In this document: piece by piece, positions 41,387 to 55,100 of the stretch | Layout: each line of letters starts with the position of its first letter | Numbering within the stretch: position 1 is the stretch's first letter | NCBI RefSeq assembly: GCF_006345805.1 | Contig: NC_043017.1 | Span: 4,402,001-4,466,000, forward strand | DNA: 64,000 nt | DNA from: Octopus sinensis | Taxonomy: Eukaryota | Reading direction: 5' to 3' | Position numbers and translations under genes: made by a program | Notes under the pieces: model-generated | Seen by the model: the letters and a program-made list of their open reading frames with translations, nothing else | What the model was told of the DNA's origin: nothing | Database searches by the model: none

Positions 41387-44300
41387 GCTTGGAGCTGGTG
41401 AGAACATAGTCTAAATGGGGTCTCAGTACAGGTTTTCGAAAGAGTGAATATTTTTAGACCTCTATTGATAAGTTCAGTTCATGTGGTTGTTTTTACTATG
41501 ATGGCTACATCAGTTATTTTATTGTTAAGTTCCTGTGGAGGAGCAGACAGGATGCTGGCATCACTTTGCCAGCTTTCAACAATATAGTATTTCAATGACA
41601 ACATTTCTCAGATAAGGTGGTAACTGATTTGAAAGTGTTGGGTTGCATCTAAGTTTGCATGACTGACATGAACTTGAGTAGGCTGTGATGGCTACAGGCA
41701 GCAGGGATTATGTAGTCTGTCGTTGCATGTGGGCCAGCTAGGTCTTGACTGCTGTAGTGGTATATTCAGGTTATCAGCAGCCAAGTCAATGACTCTGCTC
41801 ACTAGTGACTAGAGTATCAGTCACCCAACTGATAAGAAATTCATATCGTGTCACTGATGCTGTCTTCTGTCCTTGGCCAAAATACTGAGGATAGAGTGTA
41901 TGAAGAGGTGTCATGTGTGTATGGATGTCTATATGCAAGTAGGCATGGGTAGTTGGATGGACGTGTGTGTGTGCACACGCGTGCGTGCGAATGAACAAAT
42001 GCATGCATGGATGGGTGTTTATAAGAATATATGTGCGAGCTGGCAGAAACGTTAGCACGCCGGGTGAAATGCGTTGCCGTATTTCGTCTGCCGTTACGTT
42101 CCGAGTTCAAATTCCGCCAAGGTCGACTTTGCCTTTCATCCTTCCGGGGTCGATAAATTAAGTACCAGTTATGCACTGGGGTCGATTTAATCGACTTAAT
42201 CCCTTTGTCTGTCCTTGTTTGTCTCCTCTGTGTTTAGCCCCTTGTGGGTAGTAAAGAAATATATATGTGCATATGTATGTACATATGCTTAGACGACACC
42301 TACTGTGTAACAGCGACCAAGCCATTGAGGTCAATAGAAATAAACCCAGTAAAGATAGAAAAGATGAAACTGGTGTCTGAGATATTGCTCCATCGAGCGT
42401 TTGTAGCATTCTATAAGACAATCCTTTCTTTTGCTAATTGCAGTGATAATGTTCAACCAGCTGCAGGATCTACCTATGTGATGCATACTTTTAGTAAACC
42501 TAAAGAATGTGATGTGTGTGGTAAACTGTTGAGGTAAGTAACGAACCTCCTAACCTTAACCCTCAATTAACCATCAACTGTTCAAACGATTTTTGCCTTT
42601 GTCTTTTTTCTTTCTTTTCTTATTTCATATTTCCGTTCTCAGGTTTGAAATTCTGGGTTTTGTGGGCATTCTTTAGTTTTCTCTTTCAGTAATGTATCAG
42701 TTTACAGATTGTTGCAACAACAGATTTTTAAAGAGAAACTGTTTGATTTTAGTCAAAAGTTGTTATGCCATTAGAATGGTTGTAAGCTTGTTATGGTGCC
42801 ATATTTTATTAATGGATTACACCAAGGTTATGTGTGCATTGTAGTGTTATAACTTGTTAAGGGAGTACACTGGGGGTATTTGTAGAGTGTTATGAAATCC
42901 TATTTTGATTCCTGTTGAATGAATGAACAGGTGATAGATCTACACAGAGCCCTTGAAGACTATTCTGTACTCGAGAAATCAGTGAGATATTGTGGTTGAT
43001 GTCCACCTTGAACTTTTGCCATTTGATGTGTGAGAAGAACAGAAAGGATTTCAGGGATATGCATTTATGTGAGGAGAGGGAGGATTAGTATAGTTTAATG
43101 ACGTGATGGTGTCAGACAGTAGTGATAGTCAGAGAAATTTAAAAAAAAAAAAAAGAAGAGATGTGCTTTGTTGATGGGTCATCCAGTGGTCAGAATTGTA
43201 TGTGCTGGTTCTGAAGTGAAGATTAAGCTGTGGATATAGTATGCATGATATTGTATGTACTATCATCTAAACATGATATTTATCACATAAACTGCTGTTA
43301 CAAAGCTTAACAAAAGACCGTCTGTGTGATCACTCAACCCTAGTAGAAATCAAACTCAAATCTTTCCTAAATCACACAGCCCCACCATCTAAGAATAGAA
43401 GACACGTTAAATAATGGCAATGGTAGTCTGGGAATGATGGTTCTGCTGTTCCTTGCTGAACAATCTGCACAGATTATTTGCCGATAGTAATAATATGTTT
43501 GTGGTGCACATTAGCTTACTCCCTCAGTCAAATCAATATTACCTGTACAGGTATGCAGTGTGCCACATATCGAACGTTTAAAGTGATTGCAGAGCAATGT
43601 GAGGTGAAGATTTTGTACAAGCATACAAAGCACTGCCCAGTCCAGGAATTGAACCCAAGATCATGCAATCATTAGTGCAATATCCTAATCACTAAGCCAC
43701 ATGTCTTCACACATTATATAATATTGTCCCAGATACATCTAAAAAGGCAGGGTAGTCATGCCTGGAATGCTTTCCATCACAAATCCTTTTCAATGACAGT
43801 TGACCTGATATTAAAATTTGTCATCCAATATCAAGTTTCAGTAATTTTGGTGAATTCTTCTAAATTGTTCTTTGAAATTCTCGTTACAGAGGTGTGTTTT
43901 TCCAAGGTTACCAGTGTCAAGGTATGTCCTAATTAAACTGTATTTTTTAAACATTTTTACACCTTGTTTCTTGAATGATCTTCTTTCCATTAGTGTGGTT
44001 GGCAACCATAGGTAGGTCTGGCGGGTGTATGTGATAGTTAACTCTGGGTAAACAGTGTCAGTTGTGAAAACACAGGTTCAATACCAAGGGAAAATTGAAA
44101 ACACGATGTCAATTTCTGGAAAAGATTGAAAAAAAAAGAAGAAAAAAAGAACACAGCTCCAATAAATGGACAGTCAACAATCCATTGATAAGGTTTCAAA
44201 AGTAATGAAAACTTTGGAAGAAAAAATATCTCTATACATATAAACGGCAAAATGTCTGTGTGTGTGTGTCCTTTATACAAATCCACAATTTTTCAGTTAG

Positions 44301-45318
44301 AGGGCTTGCACTTTCTATGGTCATTCAAAACTGTCCAAGGATGGCCATGCACATCTTTACATTTCCCCAGTCACCCCGCAAAGCTATTAAAAAAATCAAT
44401 AGATGTGACTTTTTTGTGAATTTTCTATCCAAAACCCAATCAAAATGCCTGAAACTTGATACACCAATTGAATGCCAGCTAGCTGTATGTGATTGGTCGG
44501 AGATTTGGACAGTACTCGCGTGTATGTGCGCACGCACGCAACTGTATATGCATGCACTAGCACTATGACCCGGTGTTGCTGGGTCATAGTGCTAGTATTA
44601 GATAATGCAGTCTTAGACATATTGAATAAAATATGGAGAGATCAGGACTAGGACCCCCTTTGGTCATAAATCATCTCATAGTTACAGTTGACCAACAATC
44701 ACCACTAACACTAATTATTATATTAAACCCAACCCAACAAGGGTGTCTCTGTCTGGTTGCTCAAGTTGCTAGATGAGTTAGTTCTATATTGCACCCTACT
44801 CTCTTAAATAGGAACAGAACACATTGGACAGTTTAGACCGACATACTTGAAGTGTTCAAGTATGAAATGTCTTTGATCAGAAGTGTGCTCAATTTGGGTT
44901 GATTGAGGGCTAAACAGCAACAGCGTTAGTCTAGATAATGTTATCCTAGATATTCTTTGACTGAAGGACGTATTAGATAATGAAGTCTTAAAATTTTAGC
45001 TACATTCTGGCTAAATGAAAGACAGGAATGGTCACCAAAAATGTTAACAAAAATATTAGTGTCAATGAAAATGGTGTTGGTATATCTGCAACATTGGAAG
45101 AAAGTTAATATAGATCCTCTGTCATAGAGAGAGGTGAATTCTTATGTCTTAGGATTTATTTAAGGGTTTTTTAAAAAGGGGACTTGTCCTCTTCACAGCA
45201 CATAATGCTATTTTTTTCTTCAAAATTATTTAGAAAATTACTGTTAATATGGACCTTATGAGTTAACTATATGAGAGTGTGCCGTCCCCATTTCTCTCTG
45301 TGTATGTGTGTATATGTA

Positions 45319-45366
<48 letters not shown>

Positions 45367-48300
45367 TTACATTATAAGGATTTCAGAAATTTCAAGAGAT
45401 ATGAAATATATTGTTTTTAACAGTGGACCTCAATGTAGATAAAACAGCACATCTGTCATGTTCACAGATGTGGGTTTCTTGTTCTATGGGCACCCCTTGA
45501 CCTTTTTTGTCCATTCAAAGAATTTTTAAACTCAATATTCTACATACTATCTTTGAGAGCTTTATCTACTCTTGAGTTCCACTTCTATAAATTTATTTTG
45601 TTTATAATATCAGTAAATAAAGGAGATGGAAGAGGTAGTCGGGTACGAAAGCTGTTCCAAAAGTACATTGGGGGGTATCTTATGTAACATTATGAACGCC
45701 TTCTGCCTCTCCAGGGTACTTTTTAATCAGGTACATTGAACTGTTTAGTTGAAGATAGTCTTCTGTAATCAACTAAACATTCCTGTGTATCTGATGAAAA
45801 AGTCTACCTGGTGGCTATGAGATATTCCTAATGTTATGTAAAATGCACCTGATGTACTTTTGAAACAGCTGAAGCACTCAATTACCTCTTTCGTCCGTTT
45901 GATTTTACAAATTTGATTATCGTATCTATAAGCAATGTTTATTGCTTTCAAAATCAAGTTCTGTAGCACCTGTCATCTTATTGAAATTTTCTCTGTAATT
46001 TTATTATGAGACAAACTGCATTTAATGCATTGATTTATGAATTGTATTGATCAGTTATTGAGTGATTTGTATTTTCTGTACAAGCTGTGTTGATGTTAGA
46101 GGCCAACCAGCTGCATTTTACCATGTATATATGTGTGTATGTATGTATGTATTTATTGCATGACTAAGATTCATAGACAATTGCAGCATGGGAGGTGTTT
46201 GTAAGCCATTTAAGAAACACACAAAAGCCGTTCGATTCACTTCAACATTTAAGTTTAATTTGTCAAAATATTTTCGTCGCTATAAGACCGCGACCTGTTC
46301 ACTGACAAAAATCCGTGCTGCATCTGACGCAACACGGATTTTTGTCAGATGCAGCACAGATTTTTGTCAGTGAACAGTTCGCGGATTTTAGCAACGAAAA
46401 TATTTTGACAAATTAAACTTAAATGTTGAAGTGAATCGAACGGCTTTTGTGTGTTTCTTAAATGGCTTACAAACACCTTCCACGCTGCAATTGTTTTCGC
46501 TCCAGCACACGATCTCAGATCAAATCACTTGCTATGCGAGTACATCTCCAAGATTCATAGTCTTACAATAAAAAAGGCATGAGACAAAAGTTGTTCCCTT
46601 AATGACTTATAGCCTTTTGGTTGTGAGGCATGTTCTCTGAAGAGAATCATGACCCCAAAATGATCTTTAGAACAAGACTAGGTATATATTATTATGTAGA
46701 ATAAATTCTGTTGTTGTCATTAAAAATATTGTTTCAGTGCAAAATTGATGTGAAATTCTATTTCTCTGTTTAGAAACAAAAAAAGCTGTTCACAAAGAAT
46801 GTATTGGGAAAGAAAAGAATGGTAAGTTATTCAGTTTTAAAATCTCTGTCTCTCTCTGTACTTTATGTTAATATTACATCAATGTCATTTGAAAATATTT
46901 AAACATTCTTTTGGAATTGAAAAGTATGTTAAATATCTGATTATTGTTGAAATAAAGGAATGTTCATTCCATACCAAATGTAATATATTCAACTCAGCCT
47001 CACAAGACCCTGTGTTGGTGTTGTTATTTTATTCAGCAATGTGTTTTAAGGAAAGACGTGGTCTGTGTGTGTGTAGTGGGGGGGATTGTTTTGTGTATTC
47101 GCTTGTTTTATTTTAACCATAATATATTTGAACCCACACTTGTGTAACCAAAAAATGTTGAACAGACACATAAGTTGATGTGACCCTATGGTGAACGTGC
47201 AGCAGATAGTGGTAGCAGGACATTTGTAGTGTGGCTTAACCAACGAGATGTTTGTGCCACTTGATATCACAACTCAGTCCAGGAATCGAACTCACTACCT
47301 CATGATTGTGAGCCTGACCCCTAACCACCGAGCCATGTGCCTTCATAAATATACAATATCAGTGTTGTGATTCTATTGTATTGTAAAATATACAGCCAAA
47401 AGATTGGGTGTATATATAATACTGTAAATAAACACTTTGAAGCTGTATTTAGTAATCTCCATACCAACAGCATATTTCAGGCATTTGAATTTAGATATTT
47501 TCCATTTTCTTACTGACAATAATTTTGTTCTATGTTTAAATATATCCATTCTTTTATTTCCTTTCAGTGCCTCCAATACCTCCAAGAACTAGTAAGTATC
47601 TTGTTTTGCCTTCCTATAAAGTACCGTTATAAATTGTGATGAGTGACAGAAATTGTGTGTGATATGTATTTATCATTATCACCTTCACCATCTATCCTTT
47701 TCCCATGCTAGCATGGAAAATGGACATTAAATGATGATGATAATGTAATGTCCATGTATATGTTTATGTCTATATACATGTATGTTGTTTGTATGTACAT
47801 GTTTGTATGCATATTTATACATGTATATATATCTGTGCACATGTGTGTACTGTTGGTACTACGCATTGCTATGGTTTCACTTGTACCAGATTCTTGGCAA
47901 TACCATTTGTTAATTATCTTCGTTTCTGGCAGCTTTAAATTTCATTTATAGCATTGGTGGGTTCAAAGCATGGTATTGATTATTTATTTGCTCTGTTAGA
48001 ATGTCTAAGAGACTTTTGTAGACAAGTATCAGTTGTCTAAAATGACCGATTCTATTAGTGTGTACTCAATTTGCTGAACTGTTTCGCCTTTTGCAGGTCA
48101 TGTTCGCTCATTAGAAGAATATTTAGGAATTCCTGCACCTCCAAATGAACGGACCGCTTTAAAATTCCAAAGTGACACAGTTATTGAGCTTCTACAGAAA
48201 TCAGATGAATGGTGTCGAGTAAGTATATTTGTTCATACCTGTGTCTGCGTAAGTGGAAATAACAACGACAGTACCAATATGTGACTAACCATAACATTGC

Positions 48301-49098
48301 TGATGTTACTGTTACATTGGCTAGTGTGGTTGTATCATGGCAGATGTGACTGAAAATGCACTCCTGGTGTGACTTTAACATTGCAGGTGTGAATGTAACA
48401 TTGATAGACATGACTGTAACACTTCTTGTGAGAATGTAACATCAGTAGGTATGACAAGGCAGTGAGCTGGCAGAATCGTTTGCATGCTGGGCGAAATGCT
48501 TAACAACATGTCTCCTGGCTTTATGTTCTGAGTTCAAATTCTGCCAAGGTTGACTTTGCTTTCATTTTTTTTAGGGGTCGATAAAATAAATACCAGTTGA
48601 GCACTGGGGTTGATGTAATTGACTTACATTCTCCCCCAAACTTGCTGGCCTTGTGCCAAAGAATTTGAAGCCAATCTTAGTAAGTATGATTGTATTATGG
48701 CAGCTGGAACTGTAACACTGTTGTTATTACAGTAACACTGATTGTGTCACAGTAACTTTGGTAGATGTGACTATAATACTGCAGTTGTGACTGTAACATT
48801 AATAGGTATATTCTTCTCAAGGCAGATGTCACTGCAGCATTACTGGTATCACTGTGACATTGCTTATTTCTTTACTACCCACAAGGGGCTAAACACAGAG
48901 GGGACGAACAAGGACACACAAACGGATTAAGTCGATTACATTGACCCCAGTGCGTAACTGGTACTTATTTAATCGACCCCGAAAGGATGAAAGGCAAAGT
49001 CAACCTCGGCGGAATTTGAACTCAGAACATAACGACAAACGAAATACTGCTAAGCATTTCGCCCAGCATGCTAATGCTTCTGCCAGCTCGCCGCCTTA

Positions 49099-49166
<68 letters not shown>

Positions 49167-52100
49167 ATATATATATTTCTTTATTGCCCACAAGGGGCTA
49201 AACATAGAGGGGTACTTAATTTATCGACCCTGAAAGGATGAAAGGCAAAGTCGACCTCAGCGGGATTTGAACTCGGAACGTAACAGTAGACGAAATACTG
49301 CTAAGCATTTACACTTTGAAGACAACCCACCTCTCTAGATGGTGTATACACCTGTATCTGTGTGTTTGTGTATGTGTTAGAATATATGTATATGTGTGAT
49401 TGTGTGTGTGTGCATTGTCATTAATGAAATATTTATTCCCTTCCAGGGTCGGTTACGTGGTGATGAAGGATGGTTTCCAGCTCGGTCAGTTTCAGATGTT
49501 TCAAGTCGGGTACGTATGTCTATCTGTCTCTACACAATACTGCAGGACGGTGGTTGTGATGGTGTTGTCCTTCTTGTATCAATACGAAGTGGGTAGTTGT
49601 TGTTCTGTACTGGGTAAGAGCTGGACAGTATGAACACAAGCATGGCTGGATTGTTAAAAAGCTTGCCTTGCAATCCGTGGTGTCTTGAATAAGTGTCTTC
49701 TGCCATAACCTTGGATTGAGTCCAGCCTTGTGGTATATGTGTTGAACTTTGTAACTCATAGTGGAACAAACACTTTCAGTATTAATAATAATAGTAATAA
49801 TAATAATCCATGCTTATGTTTTTTTAAAAATTGGACATACATGTAATCACAGGTGAGTTATAGAGGATCGAAAATGAGTATTCACTGAATACTCAGTCAC
49901 TTTAAAAAGAACAGTGAACACATATTCTTAGGTTAGTCCTAGCTAGATTATGCATTAGATAAAAATGTTATGAATTAATAATAATAATACTAATTATTTC
50001 AAATTTTTGCCACAAGGGCAGCTTGGGGGAGGTGGAGATGAGTCGATTACATCGATCCCAGTGGTCAACTGGTACTTGCTTTATCGACCCCGAAAGAATG
50101 AAAAGCAGAATTTGAACTCAGAACACAAAGACAGACAAAATGCCGCTAAGCATTTTGCCTGGTGTACTATCAATTCTGCCAGCTTGCCACCTTTAAATAA
50201 TAAATTGTTTGACCTTAACCAGAGATGATAACTGCATCTTTGATCCCGAGCAGAAGTAGTGGGGGAGCATCATAGCCATGTGTTAAGAGGGATTCTTAGG
50301 GGTTTAAATAATTCACCTCTGGAAACATGGGTGTTTTGTTCAACATCCTTAAACAACCCTTATTCAGGGACCTTTTTGAGCATGATGGGTTACTCGACCA
50401 GAAGAAAATTCTACCTGGGCCCCACCTGCAAGGTCATGTGCTGTTTATCTTGATATGAGATCATCATGTTGCGCACATACGCTTGTGATGCATGTGCCTG
50501 GTGTACCCTTATCAGACGGGTACTCATGATGGGTATACTGGGCTTCGTATATTTTTACCCAGTGTCATTTTGATGGCATGCACTGCTCTCTCACTCAATA
50601 ATAATAATAATAATTTCAAATGTGGGCACAAATCCAGCCATTTTAAGGAAGGGAGACATTGACCCCCAGTGCTTTATTGATTGTGAAACAAGGGAAGGAA
50701 AAGTTGACCTCAGTAGAATAAGCTAGGGAAAAAATGCCACTAAGCATTTTGTCTAATACTCAAATGGTCCTACCAGTTCACTACCTCTGTAGTAGTAGTC
50801 ATAGTAGTGGCAGTAGTAGTAGTGAGGATGATAATAATGGTAATCTAAGATACATTTAATATCTTCAGACTACAGTTTTCTGTCGAATGTAAACATGTAG
50901 CCTCATTCTTTTGCTCACAGGGACATACATGTAGTAAATCATTATTTAAGTGGAATAGCAATTGCTAATTAAGCCATGTAGTCTGACTACATTAAATTTA
51001 TCTTATATTTTCCAATACATGTTGTTTGTACATGAATGTTTGATAATAATGATAATTGTTAATGTTTATGCTCAACTTCTGCAACTAAACGACTCACTGC
51101 AACTACTGTCGTTTCCTGATGTTTTTTCACGAGGGAAAGTTCTGGTAATGTTTCTGTTTCCAGTCTAGAACCGCATGTTATGAGAAAGCATTTCCACAGA
51201 AAGTCACAGAGAAAACTCATCCTGCAAAATTCCTCAATGGAATTAATCCCTCGTCACAAGTGAAGAACTTAGCATCCTATCCTTGGTATGTATAACACAC
51301 ACGCATACGTGTGCGTGTGTGTGTGTGTTTGCCTCTAAACCTCTTGTATAAACCCTGTTTATCAATTCCCTTTTTCAGGATCATCATCGAAAGACTTCAT
51401 ACACTGAACATAAGCTGAATGGCCACCATCATGCTATTACTAATACTACAGAGCATGGCAACAATCTACCTAAGTTTGACACCTCTATGTTAACAAAATA
51501 CCCTTGGTATGTACTCTCACTCCTCACACAATCACTGCAGGCTCACTAGAATATTTCAGTATTCCCATGAGAATATTTCCAACATGCAGAGGCTAAAACT
51601 AGAATATTCCAACATTCCCCACTAGAATAGTCGAACATTGCCCAGTGCAGTATTCCATCAGTTGTTATTAGGATATTTCAGCATTTTCCATAAGGATTTC
51701 CAAATATTGCCCACTAGAAGATTACATTTCAACATTTTCCAATAAAATATTCCAACATACCATCTAGAATATCTCAGTATTACAGCAGTCCTATATTCCC
51801 GATTAGAATATTCCAGTATTCTCATAAACAGTATTCCACACTGCCCTCGTCTTTAGAAACTCTTTAAAGTTTATTTTAAAATCGTCCAATTCAATTCAAT
51901 TTGATCATAATTACAAAAGTACAATTAATTTACTGGTGAGACTGTAACCTCTGACATCTTGACTGTCTTTCCAAGAATTTCCACAGATATCTAGCTCTTT
52001 CTATTAACTAATTCCTTCAATAATATTCAAAGTCTCTTAAACTCACCCAGCACAGCACTTTGTCACAATTCTTCTCTTTCTTCTTTACTTGGTACTTATT

Positions 52101-55100
52101 TTCTTGATTTCGTAGGGGGTGGAAGACAAAATCAGTGTGGACTCGAAGGGATGTGATGAAGATGGAATTAAATAACACAGGTTATTTTTGTTTGGCAGAT
52201 CTGTTCTTCCACATCCCATGCCCCTGCACACACACACACACGCACACACACGTATAATGGACTTTTGGTAGAAGACACTAACCCAGTGCCCTAGTTTTAT
52301 GTTTAGAGCAAAAGTTTGATTTTTTTCTAAACTCATTTACGAAATATCTTTGTGTGGTGATCCATATTCATCCATCTATATTTCACAAATGACATCATGT
52401 TTTCTGTTATCTAACTGTAAGAAAATGGCTTGTAGTTTTAACATAAATTTCTCCTGCGATATATTGACACTTCCATCAATCACAGTGGAGTTATTTTGAG
52501 GAATTGTAAACGCTTGTACACTGTTATCATATTTACAATTTTTAAGTATATTTTTCTCAATAAAATGAGATATATTGATCCCATTCACTATACATCTCTG
52601 TAGGACTAGATTTTTTATACAGTAAAATAGAAAAGGAGAGGTTTTGATTTACCACATTAGACAAATCCAGTGCTATATTGAGGCCTTCATTCCTGTTTTG
52701 ATATAGCTGATGCCTCAGAAATACTCTTCTCTTATATTTGTATACTCATCATAATGATACATACATATATACAGGGGTTGGACAAAATAATCGAAGCATC
52801 TTAAAATGCTGTGATGCTAGATGTTTCCATTATTTTGTCCAACCCCTGTATATTTATATATATATACTTTTTGTTGGTCCCATCTCGGGGTTTTCTCATG
52901 GATTTAACAAACACTTTATGGCATCTCAACCTGAGCAATTCTTTTCTCACAGTTATCTCTCCCTCTCACTCTGGCCAACTGTTGTTTAGTTGGTTCGTAG
53001 CTTCTTCCACTGTACACTGCCAACATCATTGGCTTATGTGTCAAAATATGTGAACAAAAACCAGATTTATATGAATTACTCTTATAATGAGAGCAAATCT
53101 ATTTTAAATGACATCATTGATTTTACCTGGCTCTTAACACATTAATCTTATCCATAACCATGGTTACAAGAGACAGTAGGATCCAAAAAAGCTAGTAGTT
53201 GTGAGTCCAGCAGTTAGTGAGTATAAACCGTTCAAAAGTAGAATATATTGGTTTGCTGAAAGGAAGACAGAAAACATCATTAGAGACGTTTAGTAATGGC
53301 ACCTGATAAATCGGTAGGGAGAGAGAGAGAAAGAAGGGAAAATGGGTGGCGGGTGGGTAGAATAGTGAAGAGCAAAGGTACAAAGGTGGGGCATATTGCA
53401 GTACATTAATCTTATCCATGACCATGATTGTTGCTTTGTGACTGTGATTCTCACTACACAAATATTTTCTATCAACCTGGCTCTCATCCCAGTAATTACT
53501 TCCATAACCTCTTCTATTACCATAACTATCACAAGTGTATCCTCTTCTGTAACCGTTGCTGTCACTTCATCAATCACTAAAATAACTTCTAACAGTTACT
53601 ATCACTGCCACAACCTCTTTTGTAGCCTTGGTCTATCTTTACCATATCTTCTTTAACCATAACTATCCACTTCTGTAACCTCTTTGGTAATCATGGTTTT
53701 TCACTTCAGTAACGCGTTCTGTAACCTGGGCTGTTAACTATATTAACTTCTTTAACCATGATTATCGCTAAATTAACATCTATAATCATGGCCATTGCTA
53801 TTTTAAATTCTTCTATAACAAAGCTATCACTACATCAGCCTCGTCTATAACTGTGCTTATCATTTTGTAACTTCTTCGGTAACCATGACTACCACTACAG
53901 TTAAATCTTCTATAACCATCACTATCGCTAAAGTAACCTTTCCAACATCAACTGCTATTAATATATTAACACTTCTCTGATAGTGACTAGCCGTACATCC
54001 ATCCGTAACTGTGGGTATCCGTTCAACTTCCCTCACCTTCCGTAACCATAGCTACCAGTTCCTTAAACTTCACCTCAACCAACTTTATTCAGGCGTATAA
54101 TATTCCTACTAGTCGTTACCTTCCAGTGACCCTGCAACCCTTGTGTTCCTTTCCATTTTACTTCTGATTCTCACTTAACCTCCAACTTCATCTTTTTTTT
54201 TTCTTGTTATACCATACTATTGTTGTTTTTGATGCTGTTGTTGTTGTTATTAAGAATCATCAAATTAGCAGAATCAGTGGAGCGACAGACAAAATGCTTT
54301 TGTGTTAGATCTCTTTACATTTAGTTTGAGTTTAAATCCCATTGGGATCAGCTTGCCCCTCAGTCTTCTAAGGGTCAATGAAATAAGTATGAGTCAAGTA
54401 TAGGAGTGTATGCAGGGATCAATACAACTACAATTACTATCAGTATTGTTATTAAGGTGGTGTGCTGGCAGAATCATTGGAACACTGAGTGGAATGCTTA
54501 GCACCGTTTTGTCAATGTTTACATTCAAAATCTGCTGAAGTTGATTTTGCCTGTCATCCTTTTGGAGTCAATAAAATAAGCACCAGTTGGGCATTGGGAT
54601 CGACTAACATCATCATCATCATCATCGTTTAACGTCCGCTTTCCATGCTAGCATGGGTTGGACGGTTTGACTGGGGTCTGGGAAGCCAGGAGGCTGCACC
54701 AGGCTCCACTCTGATCTGGCAGTGTTTCTACAGCTGGATGCCCTTCCTAATGCCAACCACTCCGTGAGTGTAATGGGTGCTTTTTATGTGCCAGGTGAGG
54801 CTGGCAACGGCCATGATCAGTTGGTGCTTTTACATGCCATCGGCACGGAGGCCAGTCGAGGCAGCGTTGGCAATGGCCACGTTCGGATGGTTCTTTTACA
54901 TGCCACGGCACTGGTATCACAACTACAATTTCCATTGATTTTTTGATCGATTTCGATCGTCCCAAAATTGCTGGCCTTATATCAGAAGTTGAGACCATTA
55001 TTATTATTGCTATGTTTCTAGTGTAAGCACAAAGCCATAAATTTGAGGGTAGGAGAGATTATTATATCAACCTACAGCTTGGCTGTTACTTTACTTTTAA

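Noticed and set aside
49510-49519. Alternative donor C/gtatgt 4 nt downstream of the nSH3 exon end
   Set aside because: Gives phase 1, incompatible with both phase-0 linker exons
52116-52180. Purine-rich segment reading WGWKTKSVWTRRDVMKMELNNTG, faintly like an SH2 start
   Set aside because: No FLVRES arginine, wrong exit phase, weak donor
53290-53656. Mucin-like T/S/I-rich ORFs
   Set aside because: Products of a degenerate 33-bp minisatellite with frameshifts
48270-54070. Periodic 20-33-bp arrays as CRISPR-like repeats
   Set aside because: Degenerate head-to-tail minisatellites with no unique spacers, in eukaryotic introns, no cas genes
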